From Monocercomonoides exilis PA203 (taxonomy: Eukaryota; Protista; Preaxostyla), in NCBI GenBank assembly GCA_001643675.2, contig LSRY02000020.1, positions 434,001 through 498,000 of the forward strand: 64,000 nucleotides of DNA, in the 5' to 3' direction. The position numbers and the translations under genes are program-made. The notes below the pieces were generated by a model. The model was not told where the DNA came from, made no database searches, and saw only the letters and a program-made list of their open reading frames with translations. Below, piece by piece: positions 50,498 through 63,028 of this stretch. How positions within the stretch are numbered: the first letter of the stretch is position 1; the number at the start of each line of letters is the position of its first letter.

Positions 50498-50592
50498 ATT
50501 ATCAGATGGTAGTGCATGAATCCGGTTTATTCGACATCCCACCTCATTGGAGAATGGTATCAGAAATAGGTTGGATAGTATACATCATTTGT
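50498..50592 (-). ncRNA. Box C/D snoRNA candidate
   Basis: Minus strand: C-like ATGATGT (50588-50582), D' CTGA (50563-50560), C'-like ATGAGGT, D CTGA (50505-50502). D guide ATGCACTACCAT is antisense to the conserved SSU rRNA motif GAUGGUAG(UG). Confidence 0.6.
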
Positions 50593-50787
50593 TTTCAATA
50601 ATAAAAATTTCACTTCCCTCCGCATACTTTTAAAACCAGCATTTTCAATGAAGAGTCAAGATTATTTTCTTCGAAAAAATCTAAAATAAATACAAACAGA
50701 ATAGAGAAAAAAAATTAACAAGTATTTTCACAAATATCATTCAATTTCACAAAAATATAAACAACACTCTTTCAAAAATAAAAATTA

Positions 50788-50879
50788 GCGTTCAGACAGC
50801 CATGGGTTATCCATTCATATTTAAATATCGGAAGTGGACAAAAAAATATCTAGCGTGTCCCATTCAAATCATCATTCAC
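50788..50879 (-). ncRNA. Box C/D snoRNA candidate, SNORD53-like guide
   Basis: Minus strand: perfect C box ATGATGA (50875-50869) and D box CTGA (50795-50792). D guide CCCATGGCTGT is antisense to LSU ACAGCCA[A/U]GGG. Internal GGGACA and CGCTAGATA are antisense to adjacent LSU UGUCCC and UAUCUAGCG. Confidence 0.72.
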
Positions 50880-51233
50880 AAATTATCTTTGACTCACCCT
50901 GAAGTGCATCACATACTTATTTATTTCATATTCAGTTCTTTCTTTCTTTCTTTTTTTTCTCCTAAATTTACACTTTAAAAAATAAAGAAAAAGAAAATAT
51001 TTGCTTTTGAATGGAACAATAATATTAAAAAAATAGAACAAAAACAAAAGAATCTTCCATGTATGTAACAGATCTTTTTCAATGTAATTAGATCAGATCC
51101 TGACTTTCATGGGCTTTTATCAATTCCTTAACTCCATTTGACTCTATCAATTTTCATACCTTTATGATGTACTTTTCTCCCAAGCATATTTTCTCTTTTT
51201 TTTCTTTTCAAATGAGTACGAATATTATTTTAA

Positions 51234-51319
51234 TCTCTCAGCACGCACATGCTTTCATAACAACAAATATCCGAAAATTTGAGTTTGATCATCAAATTCC
51301 CCATTTATTCATCAAATAT
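51234..51319 (-). ncRNA. Possible third box C/D snoRNA
   Basis: Minus strand: TTGATGA twice (51315-51309, 51295-51289) and terminal CTGA (51241-51238) after a GC-richer guide AGCATGTGCGTG. Target not identified. Confidence 0.4.
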
Positions 51320-51405
51320 TTAATATTGGCTGCAACCATCATTCGATTAAATAAAAATTTATCAGTAAATAATTGTCCGTCCTCTGTGTTTTACGGGTTA
51401 ATTCG

Positions 51406-53945
51406 ATGAATCAGCCACTTAGAACATGGAGTGCCATATCTACATTAACTTCTTTGAATTGGGAACGTGAGTTTAAGATATATTGCAAAGAACATCATAT
51501 TCCTTTTCAAGAACAAATCAATGCAGGTCAACGCGATTCAATTGGAACGTGTCTTGGAGGAGGAGGGTTGGAGGAGGTCGCATATAGGACTCATAATGAA
51601 CAAGGACCTTCAATTGTTAAATTTTATCATTTTCCAAAAGATAGGCCAAACACTGAAGAAATCAAAAGTATCAAACTAACAACGTTGCCTCCAATATTGC
51701 TAAATGTTATGCTTCCATTTCGCGTTCAAGAAAAGCCGCATATGATTTGCATTGAACGACGATATTTACATTCTTCGTTGCCACAGCGTTTGAGGTGAAG
51801 TCAAAATTTTTAGTTTTTTATTTAAAAATTACCATTTTTCATTTCCATTGATAATCGATTATTTTGATTTTTCAGGAGATTCCCTTTGCCTATTTTTGAA
51901 GAGAAAATGTGGTACATATTTCTAATGTTTCAAGCAGTTGATATGCTTCACAACAACTCTATGTATCATGGCAATATAAAACTAACAAACTTTCTTGTTA
52001 CTTCTTGGGGGTGGCTTTACTTGGGGGATCTTTTTCATTTTCGTCCTTTTGATGTGAAAATTGTTTGTATTTTGATATTTTGTTAACTTTTATTCACTAA
52101 CTATCTAAAATGCGATTCACATATGCACATTTTAAAATTAGGGAGGATCTTCAACACTTCTCAGGAACTATATAATTTCATGGGAGCCGAAGCAATCACC
52201 TGTTTGCGATCAGCCGTTTTATTTAGCGCCAGAGCGAGTAAACACAGAAAATGCATACCAACTTTATGGAATAGAGCGCAAAATTTATCTTGAACTCGAG
52301 AGCGAAAGGACAGCCAGGCAGCGGGCGGAAAAAGAGCGACGGAGGATGCAGACAGCGGAGCGTATGAAGAGCCTGATGCAGCCGAAAGAAGAGAGCATCA
52401 GCCACAAAGAGGTGTCAGTCGATGAGAGCTGCTTAAACTACGAGGCCAAGCGCAGCTTCTCTGGAAGCATCTGCAGCAACGCCAGCAGCAAAAGTGCGGT
52501 GTCAGGCAGTGTTGGCAGTGTTATCAGCACAAACTGCTCGTCGCTGTCTGCAGACGGGGCTGACAGCAAGAGCATGATTGAGGCTGCTCTGGCTGCCGCA
52601 TCGCCACAGGGCTCAGACTCAGAGCTGTCGTCTGATGGATCCAAAAGAGGATCTCATTCATCTTCTGCTCAATCATCATCATCTTCTTCTTATCAGCCAA
52701 GCACAGAGCCTTCAACAACGAGCCAATCAGGAACTCGTTCATCGCTCTCTCCAATTGCAGTGAGTGGCCATCCAACCATCACCCTCCCTTGCACCACCTC
52801 CTCTTTTGCCTCTCTCGCACCAACAGACATTCGCATAAGGAAGTGGCAGAAGGCAGACATCTTCGGATTGGGCTGCTGCATCGCAGAGGTGCTGACTGGA
52901 GGGAAACCGCTGTTCACTCTGAATACTATGCTGAAGTATATGAAGGTGTGTGCGTGAGTGTGAGAGAAAGAGAAAGAGAAGGAGAGAAGGAAGGAAGATA
53001 TGTGTCAATATTATGTGTAAAAAAAAGGATAAACCACAATTTTTGAGTGTTGCAGAATGAAACATTATCATTGGTTTATTCAATAGACCATCATCATTTT
53101 CAATTAAAAAGAAACTGTTATTCTTTACAAACGAAAATTAATCTCAATTTATTTATTAATTTATTAATTAATTTATTTATTTATTCCTCTCTCTTCTTGC
53201 CTTGCACTTCACTCACAAGGGTGAATATGATCCACTTGAGCGCTATCGATATCCAGATTCTCCAATCCCACCAGATGCACTGGAGATGATAGAAAGCATG
53301 ATATCACTCAACCCTCACAACAGACTCACTACAAGAGATTACATACAGAGATAGTGTGTTTTATCAGTTATTTCATTCGTTTAATCATAAATAAATTATT
53401 AATGTTCACTTTTCTTATTGAAATACATGTGCTATTCGAATCACATCACCAAATTAAATACTTTTTCCTTCTTTTGTCTCTCTCAATTTTCTTTTTTTCA
53501 AAAAAATCATAACAATAACTCATCCACACCCCTTTCCTCTCTCCATCCTTTATCATTTCCCCCCGCTTCCCCCCCCCAAACACACTCATAGTCTTGTAGA
53601 CAACGAGTCCTTCTTTCCGATGTTCTTCCACCATTTCCACCAGCTCATCCAACACAACGGCAAACAAGGCCCCGACCATCTGCTGAATCAGATTGAGAGC
53701 CCAAACAACCTCTCGCTGCTGCTCAGCTGGGCAGAGCAGAAAGAGGAGGAAGTGAAAGAGAAAGAGGAAGAAGAAGAAGATGATGATGATAATGAAAGAA
53801 GAGGAAGAAGAAAGAAGAAAACTAATACAACAAAAGTTGCATCAGCAGTTCATCAGAAAGGTTCCAACGGAAAAAGACATAAAGAGATTACAACCACATC
53901 AACAAATGCAAGTGCAACAGCTACTTGTCTTTCTGATTCATTGGC

Positions 53946-53993
<48 letters not shown>

Positions 53994-55039
53994 TTCTTCT
54001 TCTTCTTCTTCTTCTTCTTCTTCTTCTTCTTCTTCTTCTTCTTCTTCTTCTTCTTCTTCTTCTTCTTCTTCTTCTTCAGACATTCCACGCCCTCTGTCAC
54101 CTTCAGTTGATGATAGCAAGAAGGAGGGGAAAGGAAAAGGAAAAGGAAAAGAAAGAAATGAAATATATAACGAAGAAGAAGAATATAATGAAGAAGGCAA
54201 TGAAGAAGAAGATGATGATGAAGACGAAGAAGAAGTGGAAGAGGAAGAAGAAGAGGAAGAAGAAGAGAAAGAAGAAACAAATGAATCATCTGCATCAGTT
54301 GAGACAATATACTCACCACATAAAGATTCAGACAATTTCGCACATTCAGATGAAGACGATGGCTTCTGTGAACACAGAAGAAATAAGAAAGGAATGAACA
54401 AATATGAAGAAGAAGAAGAGGAGGAGGATGAAGAATATTCATTAAGTGACTCAGAATACGAAGAAGATGAGGAAGAAGACGAGGAGGATGAAGAAGAAGA
54501 AGAAGAGGAAGAGGAAGAAGAAGATGATGATGATGAATCTTTTATCAGAAGAGAATCAACAGAATATCTTGATGATGTTTCTGAGACAAGCAAGTCTTCA
54601 GAGGTGTCTGTGAGTGACAGCCAGAGTGTGGACTCAGGGGCTGCCTGGCTGAGAAAGCAGAGAAGAATAAATGGATCAAAAGATAATAATAGTAATAGTA
54701 ATAATAAAGAAGGAACAGAAAAGCATATAGAACATCACCCACACCACAGCCATCCACCAAAAGCAGACAACATCTCAGACAATCTGAGCATTCACAGCCA
54801 GCATAGCCATAACAGCCATATCAGCCAGCAATATGGAGAAGACAATTATTTGCCTGTTTCTGAGCAGACGTCGCTGATTTCAGCAGGATCTGCACTGAAA
54901 GACCCACGTGATGAAGAATTGGAGCTGCTGCTGAGGTGTGTGACGACGATTGAGGCGAAGGAGAGGGAAAACTTGGAAAAGAAGGAGAAAGAGATGGAAA
55001 GGAAGGCAATGGAGGGGAGAAGAGAAGGAGAGGATAAAG

Positions 55040-55074
<35 letters not shown>

Positions 55075-58000
55075 GGAGAAGGAGAACAAGAAGCTGAAGG
55101 GGATGGTGAGATTGGTGCACATGTAGATGTTTCCATGGTCAAACCATCAAATGGAAGTGGAAGTAGAGGTGGAAATGAAGAAAGAAAACATCATACTTCT
55201 GTTGGAAGCAGAACAAAAAAGAACAACAAAAAAGACAAACACAATTTGCATCGAAAGCGCAGAAATCGAAAATTCATCCGAAAGATCATTCGAGAAAGTG
55301 CACACAAAATGACAGAAGATCCGCTCTGGCAGAGAAATGACAGCAAAAATGGCGATATTTCTGAAGTTTCTGACTCAACCGATGCATCCAATGGGAAGCC
55401 AGTCGCACTCGTAACACTGCCTTCTCTTAGCCGCTCGGCATATTCCCATTCGAAATCTCATCCGCACAACACACACAACACAAGAAATGCACATTTCATA
55501 CAAAAGACTCAAAATGCTCAAAATACTCATAACACTCACAGATGTGTGTGGAAAGTGCGCTATCCATCCACTCCCATTGCCTTTGGCGCTTCGTGTGGCC
55601 TCGTCTGCCGCTGTGATGCCTGTCGAAACAGCCTCCGCCGACAGAAAGGGAACCTGCCGCGACTCAGATGGAACGATACAGCCACATTGCATTCAGTGGA
55701 AGATACGCTTATGACACAAAGGAGAGGAGGAGGAGGAGAAGGAGAAGGAAGATGGGGAAGAGGAAGAAGAGGAAGGAGTGGAGAACAAGGAAGATCAGCA
55801 TTCACCGTCCATTCTTTGCATTCTATCCCTTTCTCTGTGATGAAATCTCTTTCTCCTCCTTCATTCACCAACACACAGCAGTCCAGCCCTTATGCTCTCC
55901 CTCTCCTCCCTCTCTATCCCTCATTCCACTGCACCTGCGGCTTCTCCCCCCAGTTCTACAATAGCTTGAAACACAACACTCATTCATTACACAAAAAAGG
56001 CCATTTCACCAGAAATTCATCTAATTCACACAACTTTGATCCCTCTTCATTGCTTTCCCCTTCTTTCTCTTCCTCTCCCCCCTCTTCCTCCTTCCTCTCT
56101 TCCTCTCTTTCCGTCTCACCCCTCCCTCCTTCCTTGAACTCCCCCACCCTCCGCTTCTTCCCCAGTTTTGCTGTGTTGGCCCTTGCAGTGCGCGGCCTCA
56201 TCCACTACACAAACGACAAGAGCATCTACATCCGCTCCATCAACCTCCTCTCACTGCTTTCTCCTTCTCTGTCAGACGAAGCTAAAATCTCCCATCTCAT
56301 CCCAACCTTCCTTTTTCTTGCTGCCAATTGCCCCAACCAGGAGATTCATGCGATGTCCATAGAGGCGGTGTGCAAAGTGGTGGCAGAGCTGAGCAGCCTT
56401 CCTGTGAAAAGGAACAAGAGGAAGGAAAAAGAGAAAGAAAGAAGGAAAGGGAAAGAGAAAAATGTTAAAAAAGGGAAGAAGAAAGAGAAGAAGGAAATGA
56501 AAAGTGAAAATGAAAGTGAAAATGTACGTAGTCAAGAAAAAAGCGAAAGAGTAGAACCAGAAGCAGAAACAGAACCAGAAGATGAGGATGAAGAGGGAGC
56601 AGATGATGATGAAGACGAAGACAACAAAGAAGAAGAAGAAGAAGAAGAAGAAGAAGAAGATTCAGATGATATTATGTCTCCAATGGATGACATACTCAGC
56701 GGCTTCGGTGCAGAAACACGCAGCGAAGAAGTGGCGCGAGTGAAGAAACTTTCGTCTCTTCGGATGGATCTGTTTGTGAAGGAGATATTTCCTTCTCTTT
56801 TGCCCACAAAAACAGCCCTGCAAAAATACCACCAGCTTCTCAACTTGATTCTGGATGCAGACATCGGCTCCCCCCTTTTATGCCCTCCTTTCCACCCTTC
56901 CTCCATCTCCTTCTCAATCAACCAGTTCGCAACAACTTCTGCTTCCATCGCAAACAACTGGAATTCTTCATCGTCTTCTCCTTCTCCCCCGCCTCCGCTT
57001 TCTTCTTCTGCTTCTTCTTCGATTTCTGCTAACCAACAACTTTCGGGAATTTCATCATCATTTCCTTCTTCTTCTTCTTCTTCAGCCAATCCTTTATCAT
57101 CCACTTCAGCACACACACAATCATCAACTCCTTCCTTTTCCTTTTCACCTGCATACAACTACCCTTCTTTCTCTTTTTCTCCCTCCTCTTCTTCACAATC
57201 TTCTTCTTCTTCTTCTTCTTCTTCCTCATCCACTTTCAATTCATCACTTCCATTATCATCTCCATTCTCCTCCTCCTTCTCCTCCTCCTTCACCCCTTCT
57301 TCTTCCTCTTCCTCTTCCTCCTCCTCTTCCTCCTCTTCCAGCACCCTCCTCGCCTCCTCCCGCCGCTCCCAGCCGATCTCTCTCCTCAGCACCAAAATCA
57401 AACCTATCTCTTCTGACTGGCACGCTGCCCACCCCATCCCCCGCTGCATCGAGCTCTACCTGCGCAGCTCAGGCGCCACCCCTCCATTCTCTTTCTCTGC
57501 CATCCAGAACACTGCTGCTTTCCTGTCCTCTGCTGCTGCTGCTTCAAAGTCGTCTGCTTCTTCTGCCTCGGCTTCTTCCTCTTCCTCTTCCTCCTCATCT
57601 TCCTCGTCGTCATCATCATCATCATCATCTTCTTCTTCTTCCTCTTCTCAATCTGCTTCTTCTTCCTCTTCTGCTGCCTCACTCGGCACAGCCTCCATCC
57701 AAGCTAAGCATCAGGCCTCGCACATTCTTATGTTCCACGACGCTGTGCTCTCTCTCTTCTCTGCTGCATTCCACCCTCAGTCTGTCCCTGCCTCTTCTTC
57801 TTCTTCTTCTTCCTCTTCTTTTCCCTCTTCCCTCGCTTCCTCCAACCTCTTCCCTCTCCAGCCATCCAATTCCTCTCTATCTTCTCAGTCATCTCTTTCC
57901 TCCCAATCATCACTTTCCTCTTCCACTTCATCTGCCCCTTACATCCACACCGAAGGCTCCTCAGACTTCGTATCAGTAGCCATTCATTTCCCCCACATCG

Positions 58001-61000
58001 CTTTGTCTTCTCTCCGCTATGCCATGCTCTTCCGTGGCCATCCTGAGCACTTGCACCACATCAAGCGCCTTACACAGTCCATCGCTGTCGCCATCGCCAC
58101 CCTCCTCAGCACAAACACGGCGGCTGCTTTGGCTTTCCTCCGCTCTCCTCAACTGCCTCTTCTCCTGCAACACCCTTACGTCGCACGTGAAGAGGCTGTT
58201 GTGACTTTGTTTATGATCCTCCTCTCGATGCACTCTGACCCTTCCATCGAGGCAGCCATCCCTCCTCTCCTCGTCCCTCTCTCCTTCGGCAACCCTCAGC
58301 TAGCCATCTACATGTTCCGCTCGCTGATGAACCAGGTCTCCTTCTCCGTCTGCCCAGTGGATGAGCTCACACTGCAGAGAACTCTGTCTTCACTCGCTGA
58401 GATTGTGCCTCTCTTACCAGCAGAAGCACTGCTGGATGCATTGGACATTGAGAAAGGGAGTGAAGTGAGGCCAGTGAGCACAGGGCTGAGGGAGTGGACG
58501 AGTGCGTGTGGGCTGCCTGTGGACAGCAAAGAATCGCAGGACGATAGGCTGCAGAGGCAGTCTGAAGAGAGCAGCACGAATGGAATGCTGCTGATGCCTT
58601 CCCTCCAGCACACTGAGCACCCACGCGACCGCCTGGTGAAGCTGCTGATGCATCCATCGCGCTTCATCCGCACAGAAGCAGCACATGTTCTGTCTGAAGT
58701 CTCAAGGCACATAGGAACAATGGACACTTTCCTCTATCTACACCCACTCGTCGTGCCTTTCCTGCAGCCAGAGGTGTCGCCGTATCTGGTCAGCCTGAGT
58801 GATTGTGCTCAGTTCGTTGACTCGCTCGTGCCGCCTATCCCACGCACAGCCATTGCGAATCTGGTGGCGCACTTTACGAATGTCATTAGGTCGTTTAAGG
58901 GGCCCAAGGATATTCTGGAAGAGAAACCGTCGTTTGCGTATATCAATGGATACAAGGGAGAGGAAGGAGAAGAGATGGAGACAGCTTCTTCAGTTGTAGC
59001 TGAGGGCAAAGAGCCACAACCATTGAATGAATCGGGAGATGTGATGAAGAGTGGGCAGAAAGAAGATGCAAAACCGACAAACATTTCTGAAAAGAATCCA
59101 ATTGCATCATCTGAACAAGGGCAGTCAACAGCCTCATTAGCAGCACAATCATCATCATCTTCTTCCTCCTCTTCTAATTCATCTGAGCAGATTTCATCAT
59201 CCTCCTCCTCATTGGCGTCTCGGAGTGCGTCTTCGAGTGAAGCCAGCAGCTATCTGAAGGCCACGCTCATCGACAGCGCTTTCTTCGAAGTCTTTCCACA
59301 AACCTCAAAAAGCATCAGCAAATTGAGGGAGTCATTGGAATCAATGGAGCATTCTTCATCTTCAAATGCTTTGCTTTCTTCTCAAAACAGAACGAATTTC
59401 AATCAGAATTCATTGTCTTCAGTGTCAAAAAGCGGCGATTCTATGACTTTTCCTTCATTGGCCTCAAATTCTACTTCTTCTTCTTTATCTTCTTCTTCTT
59501 CTGCTTCACAAACGCCCCAGCTCGGACACATTGCCTTTCTCTACTCTGTTCGCAACCAGATCTTCCACTCAGCTTACAACACATACAAGCGCTCTTCCAT
59601 CGAAAATCGCGTCTTTCCCCCCGAAAAGATAAAGCACCGCGAGAAAATAAAAGAAAACCGGAAAGAGCAGAACATCCAGAGCTACATAGCATCTGTGGTT
59701 GCTTCACAGGCAGCAGCAGCGACAGCACTGGCAGAAGGAGAGCGCTCAGGCAGTGCACGCTCACACACCACTGGGCCAGTCATCAGACAGCCAGCGGAGC
59801 CGTCGTTCCCGGTGTTGCTGTACAACTCATCGGCTGCTTCAGAAATAGGTGTGTTTTTGTTGTGGATTTTTTTTTTTTCAATGTTTAAATTTTTATTGAT
59901 TGTGGAACGAATGAATTAATTGGATTGCTTTGTTTGCAATTTTTTTAATATTATTTCGTCGTTTTCATGTTCATCTTCTTTCATTTTTTTTTTTTTTTTA
60001 ACATTTATTTAGCAACACCAACATGGGCATTATATCTTCGTCGCTATGCGCTTGTAACAGAAACCAAGAGTTGCATCACATCTCTTTCATCTCTATCTTA
60101 CTCTCTTCTTCCAACCTTATCTTCTTCTTCTTCTCTGTCTGCCTCTCCCTTTTTGTGCAGCTCAGCTGATGGATACATCAGGCTCTTCGACTTAAAGACA
60201 CTGAATGAGAATGACGACACACTGCGCTCTCTTTTTGTGTACAGAATGAGTGGCTCAGAAAAGGAAAGGGCAGAAGAAAACGAAGAATACAGCAGATGTG
60301 CAGAAGGAGGATTGGGTGATGGGATAAGAGAAGGAAGATGGAGATGGATAAGAGAGGGAGATCTGGAGGAGGAGGAGAGAGGAAGGAGGGTGCTGGAGAG
60401 GCTGAGGATGAAAGAGGAGGAGCTGAAGCAGCACACGATTGGAAGAGGAAGAGGAGGAGAAGACGAGGAAGAAGGAGGAGAAGGAGAAGATGAATGGCAC
60501 GAGAGAGCGAAAAGAGCAGAAAGACATCTCAAAAGAGAAAGAGACAAGCTGCGGATGAAGGAGGGCACACAAGAGGAGCTTCAAAAGCAGCGTTTTGATC
60601 CAAACAGAGAGAGCAAATACAAATTCAGCGCGTCTCTGATCCCTGGAGAGTCGTCGATGTTTGCATACGGCACATGGTTTGCATCATTTTTCTATGAATA
60701 TTGTCGTTTTCAGGTGAAGTTGAACTTTTTGTTTTCTTTTTTCTTTTCTCTTTCTATCTTTTTTTTCTGCTTTAATTTGTATTTGCTTGTACGATATCCC
60801 TTCTTAGCTCTTCATCTTCTACTCGTCCAGGAATCCTTTCAATTGTTGACTATTCTGTTGCACATGACATCCTCACTTATTCCACACAGCCTTCTGACAC
60901 CGACATTCTTGAAAAGGAAAGGGTATTATTCTTGTCATTTTTCATTTGAATTTAGTTATTTCTTTTTTTGACAAACCACATCATAACAATCTATCAATTA

Positions 61001-62670
61001 TTTTCTCTTCTAATATTTCTAATTCTTACTTCTTCTTCTTCTTCTTTCTCATAACAGAACAACACACTTGTCCTCCATCTTGGTTCACGCCATCGTGTGA
61101 TCGCCCACCCTGTTCCGCAAACATCAGCGCCTGCAATTCAATACGGAGTAACTGCTCTGAAGGGATTTCTGTCTTTTTCTTCTCCTCTTCTCGCATTTGG
61201 CTCGTCGAATGGCCTGTTTCATGTGATGGATCCAAGAATAGGAGAGACCGTCTGGTGTGTTTAGCTGGATTTCTTGTACCAATTATTTTGATTGCTATTT
61301 CTCTCTCTCATTTGTAATATTCACAATGATTATTCAAAACAACAATATTTATGTTGATTTTTTTGATTCTATGCATTCATATGTTTTAGGACTTTACGCA
61401 ATCCTTCTTCTTTTGGCTCCATCACCTCAATCACAGCATCGCCCTGTGGTTATTGGCTGGCCTTCGGAACAGTCTGCGGGAGGATAACACTTTGCGACCT
61501 TCGCTTTTCTCTTCCTCTTGCCACTGCGACTTCTGAGTCGAAGACAGCCATCCGCGATCTCTGTGCCACAATGTGCAGTTCTCCTTTCCCTTCCACGTCT
61601 TTACCCTCTTCCACCCCATTCTCTGCGCCTGCTGCCTCAAACTCGATGTACTCTTCGCTCATCAACTCGCCTTATTCGCTCTCTGCCCCTTACATCTACT
61701 CCTTCACCCAGCAGTCTCAACGGACTGTCTCAATGTATCCACTCATTTGGGCTGCTTCGGGTGTGAATCGTGCTGTTGCCTTCAGCCCGTCGGAGGGACT
61801 TGCACTGTGCGGGTCGTTCTCTGCGGATACTTCAAGAAGCTCACTCAGTTTGATGCTCTTTTCATTCATTTGTATTACTGTTTATGATAAATGAAATAAT
61901 TTTTGTTAATAATAATTTCAAATTTGTTCATAATCTTGCTTCAATGCTTTTCATGTTTCTTGTAACTTCTTCCTCATTTATCAATCTTTTAGGATCATCT
62001 CAACGATTTTCTGTACCTCTTCCTGGTTCAAATTTGAGTGAAGCGTTTTCTGCTGTTAAACCTTATCCACAACCATGTTTCCGTGCTTTGACATCTCCAA
62101 TTGGAGAATCTGCACTCATCACAGCAGGTTCTGATAGAGTTATACGGCTTGTCCTTTGCATTTCATTGCTATGTTTCAAGCTTAATTTTTAATCACAAAA
62201 TGTTTTCGTTTGTGTTTGATTCAAACATTTATTTGATGTAAATTATTGAATTGTACAGACATTGGAGTTGGGATGATGACGGACGAGTAACATCCACCAG
62301 AATTACTCACAAGAATCCACGATGTGGTCTCATCGATGAGTCAGAGGGTTCAACTACACATGTTGTTGAATGTTTGTCTTTTCTTTCCTCATCCACTTTT
62401 AAATAACTTTATATATATATTTTTTTCTAACCAAAAATATTTTGTTTGTTTTCTGTGTATGATGACAAATCAGATGACTCGTCGCTGAGCAGCATTGACA
62501 CGGATTCAGCTGCCGATGATGCAGGGCTTGGAAGTGAATATGCCTTTGAAGAAGACGACTGGTCTAACCACCAGGACTGCATCACGTGCTTAACTCTTGT
62601 TGATAATAAGCTAATCTCTGCCTCGCGCGACGGCTCTTTGATTGTGTGGGGCAGAGACAAAGAGAGATAG
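51406..62670 (+). CDS. VPS15: VPS15/PIK3R4 (class III PI3K regulatory subunit), multi-exon with large low-complexity insertions
   Basis: Kinase-like exons EEKMWYIF..YHGNIKLTNFLVTSWGWLYLGD..FRP, FYLAPER (~52217-52237), ADIFGLGCCIAEV; HEAT region (LSDEAKISHLIP, LLMHPSRFIR); WD40 C-terminus (ITAGSDRVIR, HQDCITCL..LISASRDGSLIVW*). AT-rich GT-AG introns separate the ORFs. Confidence 0.88.
53947..54078 (+). repeat. (TCA)n(TCT)n tract encoding 44 consecutive serines in VPS15
   Basis: Read directly from the sequence, in frame with the 53620 ORF. Confidence 0.9.
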
Positions 62671-63028
62671 TTATTATTTATTATGCTTTGTTTCAATTAT
62701 TTTATTTGTGTATTATGTTGTTTGTATATATTCTTTTTTCGTTTGTATAATTGATGATGTCAAATTAAAAAAAATACATAAAACAATCGAAAAACAAAAA
62801 GAGAAAAGCTAATCGTTATGGTAAAAAGTAAGACAACAACTGAAACAGTAATCTAATAAAAATCTCAACGTTCAGCCAAGTAGTGACTGTGCAACTACAA
62901 AATTATTAAGCTAAAGGTAAATACATCAAATAAAAATAAAATACAGACCCAAAAAAATAATAAAATATGATTTGAAATTATAATGACTAAAAATTTGTGT
63001 GTGAAATGGAGTGAAATGATTTTTTTTT

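Noticed and set aside
50500-50680. Minus-strand reading VCGGK-TGA suggesting a selenoprotein
   Set aside because: Several further stops, no homology beyond four residues; part of the region is better explained as a snoRNA.
261-62670. Myotubularin and VPS15 in one window as a PI3P gene cluster
   Set aside because: 50 kb apart with unrelated genes between them, and the myotubularin is a broken fragment.
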